A stretch of 25,921 bases of DNA from positions 1 to 25,921 of IMG/VR virus record IMGVR_UViG_3300042466_001561. One strand, given 5' to 3'. The position numbers and the translations under genes were made by a program. Under the pieces are notes generated by a model. The model had not been told where the DNA came from. It did not search any database and saw only the letters and a program-made list of their open reading frames with translations. The stretch is from a virus (lineage: Duplodnaviria > Caudoviricetes). Positions 7,708 through 16,278 of the stretch are shown here, in pieces (positions within the stretch are counted from its first letter, which is position 1; every line of letters starts with the position of its first letter).

Positions 7708-7955
7708 CCTGCCCCACCTGCCACTCCCCCACCCGCGTCGTCTCCTGCCGCTCGGTCGGCGAGGAGTTTGTGCGCCGCCGCCTGTGCGAGAACGACCACC
7801 GGTATAACACCTCCGAGACCCTGCGCCCCGGCCCCTTCCCCTGGGCGAAGAAAACCGCCCCCAAACCCACCAAGCGCCCCAAACGCACCCGCAAGGCCAA
7901 GCCTAAGCCCTCCGATTGGCTCACCCGCATCGAAGACAAGCTCGCCGCCCTATGA
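7704..7955 (+). CDS. NrdR-N-terminus-like zinc-ribbon protein
   Basis: MTCPTC..TRVVSCR..VRRRLCEN.HRYNTSE plus basic tail; no ATP-cone domain. Confidence 0.7.
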   Translation: MTCPTCHSPTRVVSCRSVGEEFVRRRLCENDHRYNTSETLRPGPFPWAKKTAPKPTKRPKRTRKAKPKPSDWLTRIEDKLAAL

Positions 7956-9562
7956 CATTCACCCAAACGCCCCACCCGCTACTGCCATTTATCCCGCCGG
8001 AGCACTTTGTTGCCGACTTCGAGGCGGCGAAGGCCCTGCTTGCCGAGCGCGAGCGCCGCATTGTCTTGGAAAAAGAGGATCCGATTCGCTACGGCTACGA
8101 GCCCGAGCACTGGCAGAAGGCCGAAAAAATCGCCAAACGCTACCGCGACCTGTTGGTCCTGGGCGGGAACCGTTCCGGCAAGTCCACTTGGGCAGGGAAA
8201 ATGGTCGTCCGCACCCTGCTGGAGAAGCCCGCGAGCCGCGTGTGGTGCTTCCAGACCACCAACGACAACTCCATCTCCATGCAGCAGCCCATCGTGTGGA
8301 ATTTCATGCCCGCCGAGCTGCGAACGGCCAAGCGCAGCAAGATCACGAACATCAGCTACACGCAAAAGAACGGATTTTCCGAAAATACCGCCGTCCTTCC
8401 GAACAAATCGCAGGTCTGGTTCCGAAATTACGCCCAGGACATCACGACAATTGAGGGAGGTGAGATAGATTTAGCCTGGTGCGACGAATTATGTCCCCTT
8501 GAGTGGCTTGAAACAATCCGATTCCGCCTTCTCGACCGAAATGGCATCCTCCTCGTCACCTTCACCCCCATCGAAGGCTACAGCCCCACGGTAAAAAACT
8601 ACCTGCAAGGCGCGAAGACGCTCGAGGAGTGCGATGCCGAGCTTTTGCCGAGAAAAAGCGGCAAGGGATTTGAAAAAGTCCCCGTCGTGCAGGAATGCAC
8701 CAGCCGCCACGCCGGCATCATCTATTTCCAGACGAAAAACAACCCGTGGGCAGGCTACGGCCGCATGAAGACCGAGCTCGCCAAGCAACCGCGAGAAAAA
8801 ATCCTGTGCCGCGCCTACGGCGTCCCCGTCAAGGCCGCCGCCACACGCTTTCCCCGCTTCCGCGAGTCGGTGCATGTCGTCAAGGCCGACCAGATTCCCC
8901 AGGAAGGCACGAACTACCTCTTTTGCGACCCAGCGGGCGGGAAAAACTGGTTCATGCTCTGGGTCCGCATCGACGCCGCCGAGCGGGCGTGGGTCTACAG
9001 GGAATGGCCGCAGACCGACACCTACATTGAGGGCGTCGGCTACGCTGGGCCGTGGGCGATCTCCAGCGGCAAGAAAGCCGACGGCGAAGCAGGCGAGGGG
9101 CAGAAATCCTTCGGCTTCGGTCTGCTCGCCTACAAGGCCGAAATCGAGCGCATGGAAGCCCACGACAAGGTCAAGATTTTTGAGCGCTGGATAGACTCAA
9201 GGTATGCGAACACCACCGTCGCCGGCACCCGCGAGCAATCCACCACCCTCCTCGAGGAACTTGAAGATGTCGGCATGTCCTTCCGATCCTGCCCTGGCGA
9301 GAACATCGAGGAAGGCGTCGGCCTCATCAACAACGCACTCTACTATGACGAAGAAAACCCCATCGACCACACGAATGCCCCTCGGCTCTATATCTCCGAG
9401 GCATGCACCAACACCATCTGGGCCCTCAAGGAGTGGACCGGCACCGACGGCCAAAAAGGCGCCAGCAAAGACCCCATCGACTGCCTCCGCTACCTCCTCA
9501 CTTCTGGAGTCGGCAATGTGGAAGGAGGTCGGCTCCATGTTACCGGAGGAGGTGCCTATTAA
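7952..9562 (+). CDS. terL: terminase large subunit
   Basis: Walker A GGNRSGKS, Walker B AWCDE, coupling motif VTFTP, nuclease FCDPAG and KDPIDCLRY. ATG 7952 by ATGA overlap. Confidence 0.93.
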   Translation: MTFTQTPHPLLPFIPPEHFVADFEAAKALLAERERRIVLEKEDPIRYGYEPEHWQKAEKIAKRYRDLLVLGGNRSGKSTWAGKMVVRTLLEKPASRVWCFQTTNDNSISMQQPIVWNFMPAELRTAKRSKITNISYTQKNGFSENTAVLPNKSQVWFRNYAQDITTIEGGEIDLAWCDELCPLEWLETIRFRLLDRNGILLVTFTPIEGYSPTVKNYLQGAKTLEECDAELLPRKSGKGFEKVPVVQECTSRHAGIIYFQTKNNPWAGYGRMKTELAKQPREKILCRAYGVPVKAAATRFPRFRESVHVVKADQIPQEGTNYLFCDPAGGKNWFMLWVRIDAAERAWVYREWPQTDTYIEGVGYAGPWAISSGKKADGEAGEGQKSFGFGLLAYKAEIERMEAHDKVKIFERWIDSRYANTTVAGTREQSTTLLEELEDVGMSFRSCPGENIEEGVGLINNALYYDEENPIDHTNAPRLYISEACTNTIWALKEWTGTDGQKGASKDPIDCLRYLLTSGVGNVEGGRLHVTGGGAY

Positions 9563-9728
9563 ACGCCGCACGCTCCGCAAGCGCGATGTCATGGACCTCC
9601 TCGGCATTTCGGAGCGCACCTACAAGACCTACATCGAAGTCGGCCTCCTGCACCCGATCCCCGCGCCCCGGCAGAAACGCCACACCTTCTCTCTCGCAGC
9701 CATCATCAAAAAATTCCAACTCGCCTGA
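9552..9728 (+). CDS. small HTH DNA-binding protein (excisionase/MerR-like)
   Basis: LRKRDVMDLLGISERTYKTYIEVGLL.P pattern; GTG 9552 overlaps the terL end; start uncertain. Confidence 0.65.
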   Translation: MPIKRRTLRKRDVMDLLGISERTYKTYIEVGLLHPIPAPRQKRHTFSLAAIIKKFQLA

Positions 9729-9732
9729 CCTT

Positions 9733-10023
9733 ATGTTCAACCTAAAAAAACCCACCACCCGCTACATGCTGCCAGACCGTCTCGACGACGACGACATGAC
9801 GACCGCGCTGTGCATGCCCGGCAGCAAGCCGCTCGTCGTGCAAGCCGTCCTGCAAGTCCTCCGCGACCATATCGATGACGCCACCGAATTGGTCGGCAGC
9901 ATCAAGACCGCCACCGAGCACGGCCAACTCGCCCACTGCGCCGGTGCCCTCGACGCCCTGCGCGGTTTTGAGTCCGACCTCCTCCAGCGCATTGACGAAG
10001 CGAGCAAATCAACCCAATACTAA
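9733..10023 (+). CDS. hypothetical protein (small helical, head-module associated)
   Basis: ATG 9733; codon style like the late genes; ..LAHCAGALDAL.. resembles small proteins usually found before podovirus scaffolds. Confidence 0.6.
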   Translation: MFNLKKPTTRYMLPDRLDDDDMTTALCMPGSKPLVVQAVLQVLRDHIDDATELVGSIKTATEHGQLAHCAGALDALRGFESDLLQRIDEASKSTQY

Positions 10024-10027
10024 TACA

Positions 10028-10420
10028 ATGAAAACACCGAAATCAGAAAAAACCGCCCAGTTCGCACAATGGATTTCTCATGTGCGTGAAAACGAAAAAG
10101 AGCTGAGAAATTTTGAAAAAAAAGCAGAGAAAATTGTCAGCTCAACACTTGAAAAGTTGAAAGCTCAAATTGAATTTGAAATGCAAAAACTGGGCGCAAC
10201 CACTGGAGTTAATTGGTCCTGTTGGCTTTTGGATTTTGATTACACGAATTGGAGCTCAGGAGATTTTGCAGAGTATGTGGTTCAAGAGTCGGCAAACGAA
10301 ATTGCTGACGAAGCTGTCGATCAAGCCATCAAAGAACATCCAAGCATGGTAGAAAAAATCCCAAATTTTGAAGAAGTGATACGAGATGCCGTTGTTGGAC
10401 AGATTCTCCGAACATTCTGA
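10028..10420 (+). CDS. hypothetical protein (AT-rich, moron-like)
   Basis: ATG 10028; sharply lower GC; followed by a hairpin and terminator. Confidence 0.65.
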   Translation: MKTPKSEKTAQFAQWISHVRENEKELRNFEKKAEKIVSSTLEKLKAQIEFEMQKLGATTGVNWSCWLLDFDYTNWSSGDFAEYVVQESANEIADEAVDQAIKEHPSMVEKIPNFEEVIRDAVVGQILRTF

Positions 10421-10428
10421 TTGATTTT

Positions 10429-10508
10429 TCCGGCGGTCACTGAGGGCATGCCGTCTCGCCGTTCCCAAGGGGTAAGCGAGGCGACCATGAGCGACCTGAG
10501 CCGTCGGA
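10429..10508 (+). other. 80-nt imperfect RNA hairpin
   Basis: UCCGGCGG/CCGUCGGA, UCA/UGA, CAUG/CAUG and CGUCUCGC/GCGAGGCG nested pairings. Confidence 0.5.
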
Positions 10509-10521
10509 CCTTTTTCAGCCC

Positions 10522-10560
10522 AGCGAACCGTTAAGTAATCCTTAGCGGTTCGCTTTTTTT
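10522..10560 (+). terminator. Rho-independent terminator
   Basis: 14-bp stem AGCGAACCGTTAAG/CTTAGCGGTTCGCT, loop TAATC, followed by a T-run. Confidence 0.85.
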
Positions 10561-10705
10561 CTGCCGTTATAGGTCGGTCGATGCCTGTTTCTGCCGCTCT
10601 GGGTGCGGCTCTATAGCTTTCCAGAATTCTGTCGTCATTCTGAATTTCAACGAGCCCCCTGTGCCGCTCGACCCAGAAGGCGCTGACCCACTTGGTTGGA
10701 TTACC

Positions 10706-11728
10706 ATGACGACAGACACACAAGACACCCCAATGACGCTCTCCGACATTGCAGCCGAAATCGGCTTCGATCTCGAGGAGATAACCCCGCAGGAACAACC
10801 CGCCGCCGAGGAGACCGAAGCCGCGCCAGAAGCGCAGCCAGAGGCCACCGAGACGGAGGACACCTCAGCGGAAACTGATCTTTCACAGGATACCGACGAA
10901 AAGTCTGAAGACGACAGCGACGCCGAGTCCGAAGAGGACAAAGACGACGCCGAGCCGGAAGAGGAAAAGAACCCCGTCCCCGAGAAGCTCCTCAAGCGCA
11001 TCGACAAAATCACGGCCAAACGCCGCGAGGCCGAAGAACGCGCCGAGACTCTCGAGAGCGAGGTCAGCGAGCTGCGAGCCAAACTCGACGCCACCGTTCC
11101 CATCCAAGTTACACCCACCGCAAGCGACCCGCTCGCCGATGTGGAAACGCCCGAGCAACTCGAAGATCGGGTTGCCACCGCGAAAAAAATCCGCGCTTGG
11201 GCGATCAAGAATTTGGAAGGCGGCACCGTCCAGAATGCCGCCGGCGAGGATGTCTACTACGAGCCCTCCCAGGTTCGTGAATACCTCGCCACCGCCGACG
11301 AGCTCCTCACCGAGCACGCCCCCAAGCGCAAGGAATGGATCTCGCAGCGCAGTGCCGTCATGCAAGAAGCCAAGGCCGTCTACCCGGCTCTCTTCAAGTC
11401 CGGCACCCCCGAGCACGAAAGCCTCGTAGCCACGCTCAAAGCGCACCCCTACCTCAAAGGTCTCCCTCAACTCGAGATGATCGTAGGCGACGCCATCGAG
11501 GGCCAGAAGCTCCGCTTCGCCCGTGCCGAGGCCGCCCAGAAAAAAGCCGCAGCGTCCAAGACCGAGTCGAAATCCCCCGTGAAAGCCAGCGCCCCGCCAA
11601 GCCCTGCCAAAGGTGCCCGAGTGCCCGCCCAGACCATAGCGACCCGCGAAGGAGCAAAAAACCTGTTCTCTCGAGGATCCTCGCTCAAGACCGACGACAT
11701 CGCCGCGTTCCTCGAAGGAGCGCTCTAA
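10706..11728 (+). CDS. capsid scaffolding protein
   Basis: Very acidic N-terminal third, KRIDKITAKRREAEER coiled coil, basic/Pro tail ending DDIAAFL; directly before the major capsid gene. Confidence 0.8.
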   Translation: MTTDTQDTPMTLSDIAAEIGFDLEEITPQEQPAAEETEAAPEAQPEATETEDTSAETDLSQDTDEKSEDDSDAESEEDKDDAEPEEEKNPVPEKLLKRIDKITAKRREAEERAETLESEVSELRAKLDATVPIQVTPTASDPLADVETPEQLEDRVATAKKIRAWAIKNLEGGTVQNAAGEDVYYEPSQVREYLATADELLTEHAPKRKEWISQRSAVMQEAKAVYPALFKSGTPEHESLVATLKAHPYLKGLPQLEMIVGDAIEGQKLRFARAEAAQKKAAASKTESKSPVKASAPPSPAKGARVPAQTIATREGAKNLFSRGSSLKTDDIAAFLEGAL

Positions 11729-11763
11729 CCCCCCAAATCCAAACCAACCCCCCCCTTAACACA

Positions 11764-12780
11764 ATGCCCGCAACACTCATCACCTCCCAAACTGGCATCC
11801 GCCAGGACCTCTCCGACCTCATCGCGGTCGTGGACGCCAAATCATGCCCCGTCGTCTCCATGGCGAAGAAGGGCGCAGAACCCATCAACCCCCTCACCCA
11901 GTGGCAAGCTGATGCCTTCGGCACTCCCTCGCTGACCGGCGTCCTCTCGAACTCGGATGTCACCGCTTCCGACTTTGAAGACCAAGCCGCAAATCGTGTG
12001 CTTTTAAGCGCCCGCATCCAGAAGTTCCGCCGCGTTCCCTCTGTGGACGATCTGGCGAACACCGTTTCTGAAGTTGCCGGCATCGGCAAAAAGAAAGAAA
12101 TGGCCCGCGCCGTCAGCAAATCCCTCGAGATGCTCAAGCGCGACATGGAAGCCACCTTCTGCTCGGACCAAGAAGGCCGCGAGCAATCCGGCTCCAACGC
12201 CTACCTCACCCGTGGCCTCGGCCGTTGGGTGCAAAACGGCGCTCAGTCCGACCTCCCCGTCAACGCCAACTACCGCACGCCCACCGGCTCGATCAACGCG
12301 ACTGCGACCGCATCGCTCACCGAAAACAACATCCAGGACATGCTCCAGAGCATCTACTCCCAGACTGGCAAGGTTTCGACCTACAGCCTCGTCTGCGGAC
12401 CGACGCTCAAGCGCCAGTTCACCTCCTTCACGAGAACGCAGTTTGCTTCGACGAATGTCGCCAGCGCGATCCGCGTGTTGAACCAGAAGGACGAGAACAA
12501 AATCGTCTCGACGGTGGATATCTTCGAGGGCGACTTCGGCACTCTCGAGCTCATCCCATCGCTCTTCCTGGCCGCTGACGCGACCACCAACGCAGCCGCT
12601 GTGCAAAACGGCCGTGGCTATGTCCTCGACATGGACATGGTCGAGCTCCGCTACAACCGCAAGCCCCGCTTCCAAGAACTGGAAGACCGTGGCGGTGGCC
12701 CACGCGGCATCGTGGACGCGATCTGCGCCCTCTGCGTCAAGAGCCCTCTGGCTCTCGGCAAGTTCGCACCGACAGCCTAA
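11764..12780 (+). CDS. major capsid protein (DUF5309/SU10-like family)
   Basis: GIRQDLSDLIAVVD..CP..SM..QWQAD, QKFRR, ELKRDME-like, TRGL and VDIFEGDFGTL motifs; 338 aa from ATG 11764. Confidence 0.88.
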   Translation: MPATLITSQTGIRQDLSDLIAVVDAKSCPVVSMAKKGAEPINPLTQWQADAFGTPSLTGVLSNSDVTASDFEDQAANRVLLSARIQKFRRVPSVDDLANTVSEVAGIGKKKEMARAVSKSLEMLKRDMEATFCSDQEGREQSGSNAYLTRGLGRWVQNGAQSDLPVNANYRTPTGSINATATASLTENNIQDMLQSIYSQTGKVSTYSLVCGPTLKRQFTSFTRTQFASTNVASAIRVLNQKDENKIVSTVDIFEGDFGTLELIPSLFLAADATTNAAAVQNGRGYVLDMDMVELRYNRKPRFQELEDRGGGPRGIVDAICALCVKSPLALGKFAPTA

Positions 12781-12790
12781 TCCAGCCTCC

Positions 12791-12860
12791 CCCGCATAGG
12801 CCCTACGGAGGGGCGCTCACCACCCTCCAGATAAACCCTGAGCGCCCCTCCCAATGCGGG
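12791..12860 (+). other. stable stem-loop downstream of the major capsid gene
   Basis: Perfect 13-bp inverted repeat GGAGGGGCGCTCA (12807-19)/TGAGCGCCCCTCC (12839-51) inside outer stem CCCGCAT/ATGCGGG. Confidence 0.7.
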
Positions 12861-12872
12861 ACAATTTTCTAA

Positions 12873-13205
12873 ATGTCCGACCTCGCAGTAGAACTCGAAG
12901 CCGATCTTGGTGACCTCGCCCCGCTGGTCACCGAGGAACTCCGCACCGGCTGGCACGCCTCCATGGTCACCGCCGAGATGCGCCAGCAGCGGATCAAAGC
13001 CGCGAGCGACCGCATCGCCGCAGCCCGCAGCACGGTGGACGGCATCGGCCAGCACACCATGAGCGTCGATTTCGATTCCTACATCTACTGGAACAACCTC
13101 TACCCCGGTTGCTGGAAGGACAAAGGATTCCGCGAGGAATTCAAAAAAGCCAACCCCCACACCGTCGTCACCACCACCGCCAAGCCGACCATCGTCGTCC
13201 AATGA
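12873..13205 (+). CDS. hypothetical protein
   Basis: 110-aa ORF between capsid and portal genes; ATGA overlap with the portal. Confidence 0.75.
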   Translation: MSDLAVELEADLGDLAPLVTEELRTGWHASMVTAEMRQQRIKAASDRIAAARSTVDGIGQHTMSVDFDSYIYWNNLYPGCWKDKGFREEFKKANPHTVVTTTAKPTIVVQ

Positions 13206-15283
13206 AATCCTCGGACATCTCAGAAATCATCGGCCTCGTCGAAGAAGCGGAGACCGACGCCGCGAACTACTGGTCGAGGAAAAATCTCAACTACAACCAG
13301 CGCTTCTGCCTCTGGCCAGGACAAGACGACACCGGCCGCAAATACTCGTCGAACCTCGGCAAAAACGCATTCCCATGGGATGGCGCTTCCGACTCCCGCA
13401 TCCGCCTTTCCGACATGCTCATCAACGAGCGTGTGCGGTTGATGAAAAACTCCTTCACCCGCGCCCGTCTCGCCGTCATGCCCACCGAGACGACCGACAT
13501 CATGGCCGGCCGCAAAGTCGAGACCGTCATCCAGTGGATCCTCAATTCCCACTGCTCCGCCATGACCAAGCGCGAGGTCGAACTCGCCGCAAACATCCGC
13601 GAGACCTACGGCCTCGCCGTCATGGGCGTCTTCTGGCGCCGCACCACTCGCAACGAAAAGCTCACCTTCACGCTCGAGTCTCTCCAGATGCAATACATGG
13701 AGACCGGCGACCCCCAGCTCGCCATGATGATCGAGGCCATCCTCGACCCCACGCAGGAAGAGGCCGTGGCCCGCGAGATGGATCTCCTGCTTCCAGGCCA
13801 AGGCACCGCAGCCAATGTCCGCAAGCTCCGCGAGACAGGAGCGTTTGAATACGACTCGCCCTACATCTTCGAGAACCTCCCCGATTGGCAGGCTTACGAG
13901 CCGTGGGAGGACATCATCTTCCCGCCCTCAACCTACGACCTCCAGCGGGCCCCATTCATCGCCTGCCGCGAACTCCTCCGCGAGGACGAGCTCCGCGAGC
14001 GCGAAGTCACCGAAGACTACGACCCACGCTGGATCGAAGAGGCCGTGAAGCACAAAGGCATCTCCCGCCGCACCGGCCGCAACATGTATCGCATCACCGA
14101 CACATTCCTGCTCTCCGACGACCGCGACATGATCGAGGTCTGGCGCGTCTATCAGAAAAAGTGGAACGAAAAGATCGGTGCCATGGAGGTCATCTGCACC
14201 CACATTCAGCCCAGCGTCGTGGACCGCGTCGCCAAGTCCGAGGCCATGGGCTACGAGCACGGCCAGTATCCCTTCATCGAGCTTCCCCTCGAGCGCACCA
14301 GCCGCCCCCTCATCGAGGCCCGAGGCGTCCCCGAGCTTGTCGCCAGCCAGCAGAGCGAAATCAAGGTGCAGCGCGACTATCGCAGCGACCGCGCCTCGCT
14401 CACCATTCTGCCTCCCCTCAAAATCCCGGCCTCGAGAGGAAAAATGGAAATCGTGCTCGGCCCTGCCAAGATGCTCCCAGAGCGTCGCCCCGGCGAATTC
14501 CAATGGATGGCCCCGCCGGTGAATGACATGGGCACCATCGAAATCGAAGCCGCCACCCGCCGCGATGTTGATGAGTATTTCGGCATTCCCCGCGCCGACA
14601 TGGCCCCGCAGCGGGCTCTCCTCGCCCAACAGGATCTGGTCGATACCTGGCTCGCCGACATGGCCCTCATCCTCGGCCAGACCTTCCAACTCTGTCAGCA
14701 ATACCTCGACGACATCCAATTCGTGCGAGTCGCCGGCGGACTGCCCACCCCCTTCCGCGCCAGCCGCCAGGATATCCAGGGCAAATACGACCTCCGCCTT
14801 GATTTCGACGCCCGCACGCTGGACTCCGAAGCGCTCAAGATCAAATTGCAAGGGCTCACGCAGCTCATCCCCCTCGACACGCAAGGCGTCATCGACCGCG
14901 CCGGTCTCGTCAAATTCCTCTTCGGCTCTATTGACCCCAATCTGTCCGAGCTCCTCATCCGCGACGCCGAGGCCGCCAGCCAGCAAGAAATCGACGACGA
15001 GCAAGTCCAATATACAAAAATCGCCGCCGGCACCGAGCCACCGCTCAAAAGCGAAGGCCAGAACTTCCAGCTCCGTTTGCAGACGCTGCAAAACATCATC
15101 CAGAGCAACCCCGCCATCCAGCAGCGCCTGCAACAAGACCAAATCTTCGCCGCCATGCTCAACGCCCGCATGGAGTCATTCGCCTTCCAGGTCCAACAAC
15201 AACAAAACGCCCAGATCGGCCGCGTCGGCGCCCAGCCCGGCCTCCAAAAAGTCGCCGAAGAAATGCAAGGAGGCGCACAATGA
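13202..15283 (+). CDS. portal protein
   Basis: 693 aa from ATG 13202; FPWDGASD..L.D..INE, YG.AVMGVFW, HGQYPFIE..RGVPEL..QQ..K..RD pattern and Gln-rich C-terminus like podovirus portals. Confidence 0.8.
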   Translation: MKSSDISEIIGLVEEAETDAANYWSRKNLNYNQRFCLWPGQDDTGRKYSSNLGKNAFPWDGASDSRIRLSDMLINERVRLMKNSFTRARLAVMPTETTDIMAGRKVETVIQWILNSHCSAMTKREVELAANIRETYGLAVMGVFWRRTTRNEKLTFTLESLQMQYMETGDPQLAMMIEAILDPTQEEAVAREMDLLLPGQGTAANVRKLRETGAFEYDSPYIFENLPDWQAYEPWEDIIFPPSTYDLQRAPFIACRELLREDELREREVTEDYDPRWIEEAVKHKGISRRTGRNMYRITDTFLLSDDRDMIEVWRVYQKKWNEKIGAMEVICTHIQPSVVDRVAKSEAMGYEHGQYPFIELPLERTSRPLIEARGVPELVASQQSEIKVQRDYRSDRASLTILPPLKIPASRGKMEIVLGPAKMLPERRPGEFQWMAPPVNDMGTIEIEAATRRDVDEYFGIPRADMAPQRALLAQQDLVDTWLADMALILGQTFQLCQQYLDDIQFVRVAGGLPTPFRASRQDIQGKYDLRLDFDARTLDSEALKIKLQGLTQLIPLDTQGVIDRAGLVKFLFGSIDPNLSELLIRDAEAASQQEIDDEQVQYTKIAAGTEPPLKSEGQNFQLRLQTLQNIIQSNPAIQQRLQQDQIFAAMLNARMESFAFQVQQQQNAQIGRVGAQPGLQKVAEEMQGGAQ

Positions 15284-16239
15284 AGGCCACTCCCTACCGC
15301 ACCGTCCGCGACGGCGTGATTTCCCGCATGGGCATCGACCCCGCGCAGCCGCTCATGGCTTCGCAGGCCACGGCTCTCGCCGAGTATCTCACCACCGCTG
15401 CCGCGACGGCTTGGACTTTCTTCGATTGGCCGGACATCTATCTCACCGAGGCCCGCACTCCGGTGGGCGATGGCTACGCGCCGGGGCTTTATACCTACGA
15501 ATCGGATTATGTCGGCACGACCTCTTACATTGGCCGCGCTGTGCAGGGCTCGTCGTTCGCTGATCTCGAATGGCGAATCAAGCGCGTCACCACGACCGCT
15601 GCGGGCGATCTTCTGAATATCGACACCGCCGTGAATGTCGCGTGGGACGACCGCACGACCGCGACCTACATCGAGACCAGCGCGAATGAAGCCGCCGAGG
15701 ATGAGTTCCCCTACATTCCGCTTGTTGCGCAAGGTCTGAAACCTATCGGAACGGTGCTGAAAATCTACGACCGCAATCCTCACGAATGCGGTTCACAGCC
15801 ACTCACGAAGACCTTTTGCCATGTCGTCACCGACGACCGCATCCTGATCACCGATACCAGCTACACGGCGGGCGAGCCGGTCTGGGTCGAGTTCTCGCTG
15901 CCTCAGCCGAAATTCACAGCGACCGCTTTCAACTCTTCCACCGCTTACGCAGCGGGCGATCTCGTTTACTACCACACCACCGGCGACTGCTACGAGGCTA
16001 TCGCTGACACCACCGGCAACCTCCCGACGAATGAGGAGTTCTGGCTACGCCACCGCATCCCTGCCTTCCTCGCCGACTACCTTAAATTTTACGCACTCGC
16101 TGAAACCCTTTCCGAGGACGGCCAGATGGACAAGGCCACCTACCAGTTCGCCCGCGCCGAAGGCATCCTCCAACAACGCATGGACGACGCCTGGCTGCGC
16201 AAAGGCGAGGTCCGCCGCTACTCCGCTTCGTTCCAATAA
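15280..16239 (+). CDS. head-tail adaptor / tail tubular protein A-like, with inserted domains
   Basis: Follows the portal; N-terminal helices ending AWTFFDWP and C-terminal IPAFLADYLKFYALAETL..DGQ.DKA typical of podovirus adaptors. Confidence 0.6.
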   Translation: MKATPYRTVRDGVISRMGIDPAQPLMASQATALAEYLTTAAATAWTFFDWPDIYLTEARTPVGDGYAPGLYTYESDYVGTTSYIGRAVQGSSFADLEWRIKRVTTTAAGDLLNIDTAVNVAWDDRTTATYIETSANEAAEDEFPYIPLVAQGLKPIGTVLKIYDRNPHECGSQPLTKTFCHVVTDDRILITDTSYTAGEPVWVEFSLPQPKFTATAFNSSTAYAAGDLVYYHTTGDCYEAIADTTGNLPTNEEFWLRHRIPAFLADYLKFYALAETLSEDGQMDKATYQFARAEGILQQRMDDAWLRKGEVRRYSASFQ

Positions 16240-16245
16240 TCACCC

Positions 16246-16270
16246 CTTGACACCCTTCACCATAATTAAA
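16246..16270 (+). promoter_or_regulatory. CTTGACA-N8-CATAAT motif (copy 1)
   Basis: TTGACA 16247-52, CATAAT 16261-66; intergenic, before ATG 16279; same layout at 23588. Confidence 0.45.
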
Positions 16271-16278
16271 TTAACGAC

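Noticed and set aside
7704-7955. nrdR
   Set aside because: Only the zinc-ribbon part is present; the ATP-cone domain is missing.
10429-10508. hammerhead ribozyme, SRP RNA or tRNA
   Set aside because: No CUGAnGA/GAAA core, no SRP GGAA tetraloop motif and no cloverleaf with a T-loop.
14523-15563. long alternative-frame + ORFs (14523..15563, 19630..20667, 7768..8454)
   Set aside because: Ser/Pro/Arg-rich translations typical of off-frame reads of C-ending codons, overlapping well-supported genes.
13928-15783. long minus-strand ORFs (13928..15142, 14695..15783; also 1119..1931, 1786..2808, 16984..17709, 22056..22922)
   Set aside because: Antisense shadows of GC-rich, codon-biased + strand genes; no recognisable motifs.
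16247-16275. canonical sigma70 promoter
   Set aside because: No good -10 at 16-18 bp from TTGACA, and the TSS would fall past the ATG; kept only as a non-canonical motif.
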